A stretch of 64,000 nt of DNA, from NCBI GenBank assembly GCA_036918135.1, contig JBALDB010000007.1:128001-192000 (forward strand), read 5' to 3'. The stretch is from Nostoc sp. (GTDB taxonomy: Bacteria; Cyanobacteriota; Cyanobacteriia; Cyanobacteriales; Nostocaceae). Position 1 is the first letter of the stretch. The number at the start of each line of letters is the position of its first letter. Positions 1 through 9,751 of the stretch are shown here, one piece after another. Under the pieces are notes generated by a model. That model was not told the DNA's origin and did not search any database. It saw nothing but the letters and a program-made list of their open reading frames with translations. The position numbers and the translations under genes were made by a program.

Positions 1-3000
1 ACAGGGATTGGTGTTAGAAACCCAGTTAGCTTACTGGCAAAAGCAATTGAATGGTATTTCCGTGCTGAATCTCCCCACCGACCGACCAAGGCCGGCAGTT
101 CCAACATCCAAGGGAGCGAAAAAATTTTTAGAACTACCGCAATCTTTGAGTCAACAGCTCGAGGAATTTAGCCACCAACAAGGCGTTACCTTGTTCATGA
201 CAATGCTGGCTGCATTCCAGACATTGCTCTATCGCTACACACAGCAAGAGGACATTGTAATCGGTTCACCCATTGCCAATCGCAACCGCAGCGAGATAGA
301 AGGGGTAATTGGCTTTTTTGTCAATAGTTTGGTGTTGCGTGCCGATTTATCAGGGAACCCAACATTTCGGGAACTGCTGAGTCGAGTACGAGAAGTAACT
401 TTGGGAGCTTATGCCCATCAGGATTTGCCCTTTGAGAAGCTGGTAGAAGAACTACATCCAGAGCGAGAGTTGAGTCGCCATCCACTGTTTCAAGTAACGC
501 TCGCTCTCCAAAATACTCCACCATCAGTTTTAGAGCTACCGGGGCTAACGCTCTCGCTGTTTGATTTGAATATCATAACTGCCAAGCTAGATTTGGAGTT
601 TCATTTGTGGCAAGACTGGGAAAGTCTTAAAGGACAAGTGGTGTACAGCACGGATTTATTCGACGAGAGTACGATTAGCCGAATGCTGGAACATTTCCAA
701 ACACTGCTAGAAAGCATTGTTGCTAATCCAGACCAACGCCTAAGAGACTTACCTGTACTGACTGCACGAGAACAGCAGCAGTTATTAATTGATTGGAATA
801 AAACCAAAAAAGACTACCCACACAACAAGTGTTTTCATCAGTTGTTTGAAGCCCAAGTAGAGCAAACTCCGGATGCGATCGCCCTAGTCTTTGAAGACCA
901 ACAATTAACCTATCGCCAACTAAATATTCAAGCTAACCAACTGGCACGCCACCTGCAAGAATTGGGGGTAGTCCCAGAAGTTTTAGTTGGTATTTGCTTA
1001 GAGCGTTCTGTAGAAGCGATCGTCGGACTGTTAGCCATCCTCAAGGCGGGTGGAGCATACCTTCCTTTAGATCCGAGCCTACCTCAAGAGCGCCTTAGCT
1101 TTATGCTAGAAGACGCTCAAGTATCTATTTTGCTAACTCATTCCTCCCTTACCAAGGTAGGTTGGCAGGATATCGAGAATGAATTTTCTTTAGTTTGCTT
1201 GAACCAAGATAAACAGACTATTGCACAACACAGCCAGGAAAACCCAATCAGCTGCGTCACATCTGACAACCTTGCTTACGTCATTTACACCTCTGGCTCC
1301 ACAGGAAAGCCTAAAGGTGTTTTAATCGAACACCGAGGGTTGTGCAACTTGGCTCAAGCTCAGATTCAGACTTTCAACCTCAACCAAAGTAACCGCATTC
1401 TGCAATTCGCATCCTTAAGCTTCGATGCTTCAATCTTCGAGATTGTCATGGCATTGCAAACAGGCGCAACTCTCTACTTAGCAAACAAAGAATCTCTTTT
1501 ACCAGGACAAGCTTTAATCCAACTGTTGCAGCAACAAGCTATTACTCATGTGACGCTTCCGCCTGCTGTTTTAGCAGTCTTAGCACTCGCAGAAATTCCT
1601 ACACTGCAAACTATCATTAGTGCAGGCGAATTCTGTTCTCATGAAATTGTCAAACGCTGGTGGCTACCCAGTCGCCGATTTTTTAACGCTTACGGGCCGA
1701 CTGAAGCAACTATTTGGTCAACTGTTGTAGAAATTAACGATCCTACTAGTGAAACATCCATTGGTTGCCCGATTGCTAACACTCAAATTTATATATTAGA
1801 TGAACATTTACAGCTTGTACCAATCGGTATTATAGGCGAATTATACATTGGTGGAGATGGACTGGCTAGAGGCTACCTCAACCGCCCGGAGTTAACAGCC
1901 GAAAAATTCATCCCTAACCCGTTTCAAAGAGGCAGGGGACAGAGAGCAGGGGAAGCAGGGGGCAAGGGGGAAGAAGACCAATCCTTTAATTCCGAACGCC
2001 TTTATAAAACTGGCGACTTGGCACGTTATTTACCAAATGGCAATATTGAGTTCCTCGGTCGTATTAATGACCAAGTGAAGATTCGTGGCTTCCGTATAGA
2101 GCTAGGAGAAATTGAAGCAGTACTGAGTCAATACCTAGCTGTCCAGGAAGCGGTGGTGATTGTGCGAGAAGACACTCCTGGTGACAAACGCCTAGTGGCA
2201 TATATTGTCGCTAGCCAGCAGCTTACCACCAATGAACTGCACAGTTTTCTCAAGGAAAAACTACCCGACTACATGCTACCTTCTGCTTTCGTGATGCTGG
2301 AGTTTCTGCCTTTGACTCCCAACAAAAAGGTAGACCGCCGCGCTCTACCTGCACCAGAGACTCATAAAAGTCCAGAAGTTGGTTCCCTTCAACCCCGCAC
2401 CCCCACTGAAGAAGTACTAGTTAACATTTGGACAGATCTATTAGGAATTGAAGCAGATATTCATGACGACTTCTTTGACATCGGCGGACATTCCTTACTG
2501 GCTATCCAACTGCTCTCACGCGTGCAAAGCATTTTTCAAGTAGAATTACCGTTGCCTAGCTTGTTTGATGAGCCAACGATCGCTGCACTAGCTCGTAACA
2601 TAGAATCTCGTCATGCTCAGTTCCCACAGCTACCGCCCCTAGTACCGAGACCGGATGGATGTAAATTGCCGTTATCCTTTGCTCAACAGCGACTGTGGTT
2701 CCTGAATCAATTAGATCCTGAAAGTCCCTTGTACAATATGCACGCAGCAGTGCGTTTAACAGGTTCGCTGAATCATATTGTGTTGCAGCAAAGCTTGACC
2801 GAAATCGTCCACCGTCACGAAGTGTTGCGAACCACCATAGCTGCACAAAATGGAAAACCGATTTTGGCGATCGCTCCCTTTTTAGAGTTCAGTTTACCAA
2901 TAGTGAACTTGTCGGAGTTACCAGAATCAAAGCGCTTAGAACAAATGCAGCAATTAGCCACTCAAGAAGCACAGCAACCCTTTTCATTAGAGCAGGGGCC

Positions 3001-4072
3001 ACTACTGCGATCGACACTGCTGCAACTGTCAAACACAGAACACCTACTGCTGATGACGATACATCACATAGTATCTGACGGTTGGTCTATTGGAATACTG
3101 ATCCAGGAAGTGGCAGCGCTATACGATGCCTTCTTACAGGGTCAACCCTCTCCGTTGACAAAATTGCCTATTCAGTACGCGGATTTTGCCCTGTGGCAAC
3201 GCCAATGCTTAGAATCTGAGGCGCTAGCAACGCAGCTTGTTTATTGGCAGAAGCAGTTAAGCGATTTGCCGATGTTGGAACTGCCTACAGATTTTCCACG
3301 GCCAGCAGTTCAGACCTTTAGGGGAAGAACTCAAACAAAAATGTTTTCCCCTGTTTTATCCCAATCCCTCAAGGCTCTCAGTCGGCAAGAAGGGGTGACA
3401 CTATTTATGACACTGCTGGCTGGTTTTCAAACCCTACTTCACTGGTATACATCTCAGGATGACATTGTTGTAGGTACTGATGTCGCCAATCGCAACCGTA
3501 TGCAGACAGAATCATTGATTGGGTTATTTGTCAACCAACTCGTATTACGCACAAATCTATCTGGAAATCCTACATTTCGGGAATTACTCGCAAGGGTACG
3601 TGAGGTAACTCTTGAAGCTTATGCCCACCAAGACCTACCATTTGACAAGCTTGTAGAAACCCTGAACCCAAAACGAGACTTAAAGCGTAACCCATTATTT
3701 CAAGTTATGTTTGGCTTCCAGAATTCCCCAATGCCAGCACTTGAGCTTTCAGGTCTAACTTTGAACCTCTTAGAAATTGACAATGAGACATCTGTGTTCG
3801 ATCTGAGTCTGTACATGATGGAAACCGAACAAGAATTAGTTGGGTTGTGTAGGTACAATACAGATTTATTTGAGCAAACTACGATTAGCAAAATTTTGCG
3901 ACATTTAGTCACAATTTTAGACAATGCAGTGGCACAGCCCGATATCAAAGTAAGTACCCTCAAAGAAATCCTAATAGAAGCGGATAAACAAGAAGAAATC
4001 ACAAAACAAAAAGAATTCAAAGAAGTTAGTCGAAGAAAGTTAAAAAACGTTCAGCCAAAACTAGTTACTTAA
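1..4072 (+). CDS. NRPS, 5'-truncated by window edge: (C)-A-T-C; A domain Phe/aromatic-type pocket
   Basis: A motifs YVIYTSGSTGKPKG, NAYGPTE, YKTGDL, QVKIRGFRIELGEIE; T motif GGHSLL; C-terminal LCL-type C (LSFAQQRLWFL, HHIVSDGWS). The reading frame opens mid-C domain, so the true start is upstream. Pocket read by eye against GrsA: DAFTIAAIWK. Confidence 0.95.
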   Translation, partial: QGLVLETQLAYWQKQLNGISVLNLPTDRPRPAVPTSKGAKKFLELPQSLSQQLEEFSHQQGVTLFMTMLAAFQTLLYRYTQQEDIVIGSPIANRNRSEIEGVIGFFVNSLVLRADLSGNPTFRELLSRVREVTLGAYAHQDLPFEKLVEELHPERELSRHPLFQVTLALQNTPPSVLELPGLTLSLFDLNIITAKLDLEFHLWQDWESLKGQVVYSTDLFDESTISRMLEHFQTLLESIVANPDQRLRDLPVLTAREQQQLLIDWNKTKKDYPHNKCFHQLFEAQVEQTPDAIALVFEDQQLTYRQLNIQANQLARHLQELGVVPEVLVGICLERSVEAIVGLLAILKAGGAYLPLDPSLPQERLSFMLEDAQVSILLTHSSLTKVGWQDIENEFSLVCLNQDKQTIAQHSQENPISCVTSDNLAYVIYTSGSTGKPKGVLIEHRGLCNLAQAQIQTFNLNQSNRILQFASLSFDASIFEIVMALQTGATLYLANKESLLPGQALIQLLQQQAITHVTLPPAVLAVLALAEIPTLQTIISAGEFCSHEIVKRWWLPSRRFFNAYGPTEATIWSTVVEINDPTSETSIGCPIANTQIYILDEHLQLVPIGIIGELYIGGDGLARGYLNRPELTAEKFIPNPFQRGRGQRAGEAGGKGEEDQSFNSERLYKTGDLARYLPNGNIEFLGRINDQVKIRGFRIELGEIEAVLSQYLAVQEAVVIVREDTPGDKRLVAYIVASQQLTTNELHSFLKEKLPDYMLPSAFVMLEFLPLTPNKKVDRRALPAPETHKSPEVGSLQPRTPTEEVLVNIWTDLLGIEADIHDDFFDIGGHSLLAIQLLSRVQSIFQVELPLPSLFDEPTIAALARNIESRHAQFPQLPPLVPRPDGCKLPLSFAQQRLWFLNQLDPESPLYNMHAAVRLTGSLNHIVLQQSLTEIVHRHEVLRTTIAAQNGKPILAIAPFLEFSLPIVNLSELPESKRLEQMQQLATQEAQQPFSLEQGPLLRSTLLQLSNTEHLLLMTIHHIVSDGWSIGILIQEVAALYDAFLQGQPSPLTKLPIQYADFALWQRQCLESEALATQLVYWQKQLSDLPMLELPTDFPRPAVQTFRGRTQTKMFSPVLSQSLKALSRQEGVTLFMTLLAGFQTLLHWYTSQDDIVVGTDVANRNRMQTESLIGLFVNQLVLRTNLSGNPTFRELLARVREVTLEAYAHQDLPFDKLVETLNPKRDLKRNPLFQVMFGFQNSPMPALELSGLTLNLLEIDNETSVFDLSLYMMETEQELVGLCRYNTDLFEQTTISKILRHLVTILDNAVAQPDIKVSTLKEILIEADKQEEITKQKEFKEVSRRKLKNVQPKLVT
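1928..1980 (+). repeat. G-rich STRR-like repeat inserted in frame in the A domain
   Basis: agaggcaggggacagagagcaggggaagcagggggcaaggggg encodes RGRGQRAGEAGGKG between PNPF and RLYKTG; absent at the same site in the 5175 NRPS. Confidence 0.75.
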
Positions 4073-4092
4073 TCCAAATTTAAATTAAAAAT

Positions 4093-5157
4093 ATGAATAT
4101 GAATCTCGAAGAATCGGCCGATTCCATCAGGCAATTATGGTCAGATAGACGTAAAATTGTTAAACCAATAGATATCAACAACCTTAAACAAGGATTGATT
4201 GAAGTATCTCAACTGCCAGGACAAACACTGCCACTGGTGATTAAAGCTAATGTAAATAAAATCAATCTTGATGCTTGGGCAAAAAACAATCAGCAATGGT
4301 TAGAAACACAGTTATTCAAGCATGGAGCAATTCTTTTTCGCAACTTTGATATTGATACAGTAATTAAATTTGAACAGTTCACTAAAATTATTTCTGGAGA
4401 ACTCTTAGAGTATTCAGAACGTTCATCACCCCGGAGTCAGATAAGCGGTCATGTCTATACCTCAACTGACTACCCAGCAAACCAAAGTATTTTTCCACAT
4501 AATGAGCATTCATATTGCCAGACATGGCCGATGAAACTCTTCTTTTGCTGCATTACACCTGCACAGCAAGGAGGAGAAACACCCATCGCTGACTGTCGCA
4601 AAGTTTTACAACGTATTGACCCAAAGATTGTAGAACGCTTTATTTCTAAAAATTGGATGTACGTCCGTAATTATAATGATGGATTTGGTCTTGCTTGGCA
4701 AACTGTCTTTCAAACCACCGACAAGTCAAAGGTTGAGGAGTACTGCCGTTCTAATGACATTGAGTTTGAATGGAAAGATGGCAAGCGCTTGAGAACCCGT
4801 CAAGTTCGCCCAGTTATCACCCGTCATCCTCAAACTGGTGAAATGGTCTGGTTTAATCACGCAACTTTTTTTCATGTGTCAACTTTAGAACCGACAATGC
4901 GTGATGCATTGCTAGCAGAGTTTAAAGAAGAAGATTTACCGAACAATACCTACTATGGTGATGGTTCTGTGATTGAACCTTCAGTTTTAGACGAGCTTCG
5001 ACAAACATATTTGCAAGAGACAGTTGCTTTACCCTGGCAGCAAGGAGATATTTTAATGCTGGACAACATGCTAACAGCACATTCACGCAAACCGTTTTCA
5101 GGAGCGAGAAAAATTTTGTTTGCAATGACTGAACCTTGTAGTCGCCAAAATATCTAA
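4093..5157 (+). CDS. TauD/SyrP-like Fe(II)/2-oxoglutarate dioxygenase, probable NRPS amino-acid beta-hydroxylase
   Basis: HGAILFRNF, facial triad H-N-E (IFPHNEHSY) plus distal LTAHSR, GGETPIAD, WFNH; lies between two NRPS genes. Confidence 0.9.
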   Translation: MNMNLEESADSIRQLWSDRRKIVKPIDINNLKQGLIEVSQLPGQTLPLVIKANVNKINLDAWAKNNQQWLETQLFKHGAILFRNFDIDTVIKFEQFTKIISGELLEYSERSSPRSQISGHVYTSTDYPANQSIFPHNEHSYCQTWPMKLFFCCITPAQQGGETPIADCRKVLQRIDPKIVERFISKNWMYVRNYNDGFGLAWQTVFQTTDKSKVEEYCRSNDIEFEWKDGKRLRTRQVRPVITRHPQTGEMVWFNHATFFHVSTLEPTMRDALLAEFKEEDLPNNTYYGDGSVIEPSVLDELRQTYLQETVALPWQQGDILMLDNMLTAHSRKPFSGARKILFAMTEPCSRQNI

Positions 5158-5174
5158 CGAATGGTATTACAGAT

Positions 5175-8100
5175 ATGCAAAATAAAATTCAAGGTTATCG
5201 ACTTTCCCCTCAACAAGAGCGTCTGTGGCTGTTGCAGCAAACAGATGGAAGCTTGTCTTATCGCGTTCATTCTGCCATCCTTATAGAAGGAAATCTCAAG
5301 ATTTCAGCTTTAAAAGCAGCCTTAGAAAATGTTATAAATCAGCATGAAATCCTTCGCACAACCTTTTATTGCTTGCCGGAAATGGCAATTCCAGTTCAGG
5401 TTATAGCCGATAAATATATCCCATCAATTGATGGATACGATTTGAGCCGTTTAAAGTTTCAAGAACAAGAGATTGAGATAGAAGCACTTTTTGCTGAGGG
5501 AAACAAACTAGATATTGACTTTGAACAAGACTCTTTATTGCATATATCTTTGGTAACTTTGTCGCCATGTAAGCATATATTGCTGCTTAACTTACCAGCT
5601 ATTTGTGCGGATATAGTAACGCTAAATAATTTGATACTTGACATCAGCCGTTTCTATACAGCTTGCTTGGATGGCGAGAAGCTTTCTGACGAACCATTAC
5701 AATATATTGTTGTTTCTGAATGGCTAAATGAATTACTTGAGTCAGAAGATGGAAAAATCGCTAGAGAGTATTGGCACAAGCAGGATATCTCTGATGTTTT
5801 TACTTTCAAACTGCCTTGGGAAAATCATTCACAAACACAAACATTTGAACCGCAATTTTTTGATTTACTAGTTCGTCCCAATTTATTATCTCAACTTAGA
5901 GCGATCGCATTACAATATAATACTTCTATTTCAGAAATTTTACTAACTTGCTGGCTAATTCTGCTCTGGCGGCTGACTGGTCAGTCAAACATTGTTGTCG
6001 GAACTGGCTGTGATGGCAGGACAGATGAAGAGTTAAAAGAAGCTTTTGGGTTACTGACTAAATATCTACCACTTCGTTGTCATTTAGAAAAAAGTTTCCG
6101 ATTTAGTGAACTTTTAAAGCAGGTTCAGGAATTGCAGCGTGAGATTTACCAATGGCAGGAGTGCTTTAGCTGGCAACAAATTCAGACATTGGCTAAAAAT
6201 AACACGAAATCTGACTTTTTTCCAATTTGTTTTGATTTTGAAAAACGACCTGGTAAATATTATAGTGCTGATATTGAATTTTCTATTTATAAACTGTATG
6301 CCTGTATTGATAAATTCAAAGTAAAGCTTTCTTGTATTGAACAAGATGATTCTTTAACTACAAAGTTTCAATACGATTCTAATTTATTTTATCTAGAAGA
6401 TATCAAACGTCTAGCCGGACAATTTCATCAACTTTTAGAAAGTATTATTAATAATCCGAACGCTGAGATTGATGCACTAGAAATTTTGACTGATGCCGAA
6501 CGACAGCAACTATTAGTTGATAACAATACTAATGATGATATAGATAAATGTATTCATCATCTGGTAGAACAACAGTGTCAGCGCACACCTAACTCAGTTG
6601 CGGTGGTTTTTGAAGCAGAACAGCTAACCTACCTAGAACTAAATCAGCAAGCTAATCGAGTCGCTCACTACTTACAGACATTAGGTGTAAAACCAGAGGT
6701 ACGTGTAGGTATTTGCATGAAGCGATCGCTTGCAATGGTGATTGGATTATTGGGCATTTTGAAAGCGGGTGGAGCATATGTGCCATTAGATCCTGGGTAT
6801 CCTCAAGAACGCTTAGATTTCATGCTCAAGGATTGCCAAATAGAGGTACTGTTGACTCAGCAGTCATTGGTAGCACATTTTGAACATCAGGGACAAACAG
6901 TTTATTTAGATAGCGATTGGGCAGTCATCAGTAGCCAGAGTAGTAATAACCCTGCTTGTGAGGTAAGTCCTAACAATCTAGCTTATATAATTTATACTTC
7001 TGGTTCAACAGGACAACCCAAGGGTGTGATGATTCCTCACCGCGCCCTCTGCAATCACATGCTATGGATGCAGTCAACTTGGCCCCTAAGTGCAACAGAT
7101 TCAGTCTTGCAGAAAACGCCATTCAGTTTCGACGCTTCAGTTTGGGAGTTTTATGCACCACTGTTAACTGGAGCAAGGCTAATTATGGCTCAACCAGAGG
7201 GACACAAAGACACTGCTTATTTGGTGAAAGCAATTAAGGAACATCAAGTCACAATATTACAACTCGTTCCTTCAATGTTGCCAGCACTTTTATTAGAACC
7301 GGAATTGGAGCAGTGTCATAGTCTGCGACACGTATACTGTGGGGGGGAAGTTCTCAACGCTGAAGTTTATCAACAATTTCAAAACAAACTTAGCGCCCAA
7401 TTGCATAATCTTTACGGCCCCACAGAAGCCTGTATTGACGCAACTGCATGGACTTGTAAACCAGAGAGTAAAAGGCAGACGCTTCCTATTGGATATCCGA
7501 TCGCCAACATGCAAATTTATCTGCTCGATGCTAAAGAGCAACTTCTGCCTATTGGTGTAGCAGGTGAGTTGTACATTGGCGGAGCAGGTTTAGCACGAGG
7601 CTACTTCAACCGCCCAGAACTGACCGCCCAAAAGTTTATTCCCAATCCCTTTAGTAGCGAACCAGGTTCTCGATTGTATAAAACAGGTGACTTAGCCCGC
7701 TATCTACCTGATGGCATCGAGTTCTTGGGTAGGATCGACGAGCAAGTTAAAATTCGTGGCTTCCGAATTGAGCTAGGGGAAGTTGAAGTAGTTATGCACC
7801 AACACCCTGCTGTGCAGCAAGCTGTAGTTGTTGTCCGTGAAGATGTTCCTGGCAACAAGCGCCTTGTAGCTTATCTAACAGTTAAGTCAGAAACAGTTTT
7901 CTCGACTCAAGAATTACAAGAGTTTCTCAAACAGAAGTTGCCAGATTACATGGTTCCCTCAAGCTTTGTAGTGCTGAAAGCTCTACCACTAACTCCCAAT
8001 GGTAAAATTAACCGTCATGCCCTGCCAGCACCTGATGTAGTCCAATCTCAACACAGAGATTATGTAGCACCGCGCACTTCAGTAGAAGAGGCGATCGCCA

Positions 8101-9749
8101 GTATCTGGACAGAAGTTTTGGGACGAAAGGTAGGTATTCACGACAATTTCTTTGAATTGGGTGGGGATTCCATTCTCAGCATTCAAGTTGTCGCCCGTGC
8201 TAATCAGGCGGGTATAGTACTTACACCCAAGCAGATATTTCAGTACCAGACAATTGCTGAATTAGCAGAGGTAGCAGGTAATACCCAAATAACCGTATTT
8301 CAGGGTTTAGTGACTGGGCAAGCCCTACTTACACCGATTCAACAATGGTTCTTTGAACAGCAGTTTCAACAACCAAACCACTGGAACCAAGCGATTCTAC
8401 TGGAGGTACATTCACCTTTAGATGTAGCTCTCCTAGAGCAAGCGGTGCAGCAATTGTTAGTACATCACGATGCCCTACGCCTACAATTTGTGCATTCGTT
8501 CTCTGGTTTAGAACAAGTTCATACTCTGCCAGATGCATCACGTAGATATGTCCAGGTAGTGGATTTGTCAAGCCTACCTCAGACAGAACAAACGATAGCG
8601 ATCGCCACAGTTGCTAACCAATTACAAACTAGTTTAAATTTAGAATCTGGATTGTTAGTTCAGGTAGCGCTGTTTGACCTTGGGCTTGAGCGGCATCAGC
8701 GCTTACTATTTATCATCCATCACCTTGTCATAGATGGCGTTTCCTGGCGGATTTTGCTTGAGGATCTACAAACAGCTTATCAGCAGCTAGATGCTGGACA
8801 GGCAATTGTGTTGCCACGGAAGACAACATCCTTCCAAGATTGGTCACAGCGCTTGCACGCATATGCACAAACAGCAACATTAAAGTCAGAACTTGACTAC
8901 TGGTTGAATTTAGATTGGTCTAGTATTACCGCTCTCCCGATAGACTATCCACAAGGTAAAAACTTTAACATTGAGACAAATGCTAATAGTGTCTCAGTGA
9001 AGCTAGCACCCCAACAAACACAAGCGTTGTTACAGAATGTGCCACAAGCTTATAATACTCAAATCAACGATGTATTACTAGCGGCGCTGGTGCAAGCGTT
9101 TGCTCAGTGGACTGGAAATTATTGTTTGTTAATCGATCTAGAAGGTCACGGGCGAGAAGAAATTTTACCAGCCGTGGATCTATCACGTACAGTCGGTTGG
9201 TTTACTACTGTCTTCCCTGTGCTATTGGAACTAAAACAAACAACTGATTCTGGAGAAGCCTTGAAGTTGGTTAAAGAGCAACTACGCCGCATTCCCAACA
9301 ACGGCATTGGCTATGGCATTCTGAAATACCTCACCCAAGACACAACAATTACCAAGAAACTGCAAGCCCTTCCCCAGGCTGAGGTGAGTTTTAACTACCT
9401 GGGTCAGTTGGATAGAGTATTGTTACCAGGGATGTTGCAACCAGCTACAGAGTCTACTGGGTCTGCACATAGTCCCGATGCTCGTCGGAGTTATCTACTG
9501 GATGTCAGCGCAGCAGTGATTGGTGGCTCGTTAGAACTGAATTGGACTTACAGCACAGCAGTTCATCGCCCAGAAACGATTGCAAGTTTAGCTCAAAATT
9601 ATCTCCAGGCACTGCATACACTTATTGCTCATTGCGAGTCAAAAGAAGCAGGAGGATACACTCCTTCCGATTTTCCCGCAGCAAAGCTCAGTCAAAAAGA
9701 TATTGATAGCTTAATTGCCACAATTAGCCAAACTGAAGGGAGAAAGTAA
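5175..9749 (+). CDS. NRPS I(inactive C)-A(Gln-like)-T-E
   Basis: N-terminal C-fold has LPAICAD where HHxxxDG is expected; A pocket DAWQYGLIDK by eye; T motif GGDSI; E motifs HHLVIDGVSW, EGHGRE, RTVGWFT, NYLGQ. Confidence 0.93.
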   Translation: MQNKIQGYRLSPQQERLWLLQQTDGSLSYRVHSAILIEGNLKISALKAALENVINQHEILRTTFYCLPEMAIPVQVIADKYIPSIDGYDLSRLKFQEQEIEIEALFAEGNKLDIDFEQDSLLHISLVTLSPCKHILLLNLPAICADIVTLNNLILDISRFYTACLDGEKLSDEPLQYIVVSEWLNELLESEDGKIAREYWHKQDISDVFTFKLPWENHSQTQTFEPQFFDLLVRPNLLSQLRAIALQYNTSISEILLTCWLILLWRLTGQSNIVVGTGCDGRTDEELKEAFGLLTKYLPLRCHLEKSFRFSELLKQVQELQREIYQWQECFSWQQIQTLAKNNTKSDFFPICFDFEKRPGKYYSADIEFSIYKLYACIDKFKVKLSCIEQDDSLTTKFQYDSNLFYLEDIKRLAGQFHQLLESIINNPNAEIDALEILTDAERQQLLVDNNTNDDIDKCIHHLVEQQCQRTPNSVAVVFEAEQLTYLELNQQANRVAHYLQTLGVKPEVRVGICMKRSLAMVIGLLGILKAGGAYVPLDPGYPQERLDFMLKDCQIEVLLTQQSLVAHFEHQGQTVYLDSDWAVISSQSSNNPACEVSPNNLAYIIYTSGSTGQPKGVMIPHRALCNHMLWMQSTWPLSATDSVLQKTPFSFDASVWEFYAPLLTGARLIMAQPEGHKDTAYLVKAIKEHQVTILQLVPSMLPALLLEPELEQCHSLRHVYCGGEVLNAEVYQQFQNKLSAQLHNLYGPTEACIDATAWTCKPESKRQTLPIGYPIANMQIYLLDAKEQLLPIGVAGELYIGGAGLARGYFNRPELTAQKFIPNPFSSEPGSRLYKTGDLARYLPDGIEFLGRIDEQVKIRGFRIELGEVEVVMHQHPAVQQAVVVVREDVPGNKRLVAYLTVKSETVFSTQELQEFLKQKLPDYMVPSSFVVLKALPLTPNGKINRHALPAPDVVQSQHRDYVAPRTSVEEAIASIWTEVLGRKVGIHDNFFELGGDSILSIQVVARANQAGIVLTPKQIFQYQTIAELAEVAGNTQITVFQGLVTGQALLTPIQQWFFEQQFQQPNHWNQAILLEVHSPLDVALLEQAVQQLLVHHDALRLQFVHSFSGLEQVHTLPDASRRYVQVVDLSSLPQTEQTIAIATVANQLQTSLNLESGLLVQVALFDLGLERHQRLLFIIHHLVIDGVSWRILLEDLQTAYQQLDAGQAIVLPRKTTSFQDWSQRLHAYAQTATLKSELDYWLNLDWSSITALPIDYPQGKNFNIETNANSVSVKLAPQQTQALLQNVPQAYNTQINDVLLAALVQAFAQWTGNYCLLIDLEGHGREEILPAVDLSRTVGWFTTVFPVLLELKQTTDSGEALKLVKEQLRRIPNNGIGYGILKYLTQDTTITKKLQALPQAEVSFNYLGQLDRVLLPGMLQPATESTGSAHSPDARRSYLLDVSAAVIGGSLELNWTYSTAVHRPETIASLAQNYLQALHTLIAHCESKEAGGYTPSDFPAAKLSQKDIDSLIATISQTEGRK

Positions 9750-9751
9750 AA

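Noticed and set aside
4093..9749. Beta-hydroxyaspartate siderophore (cyanochelin-like) interpretation
   Set aside because: The paired A domain has a Gln-like pocket, not an Asp-like one, and no TonB receptor or iron ABC genes are in the window; upstream sequence could change this
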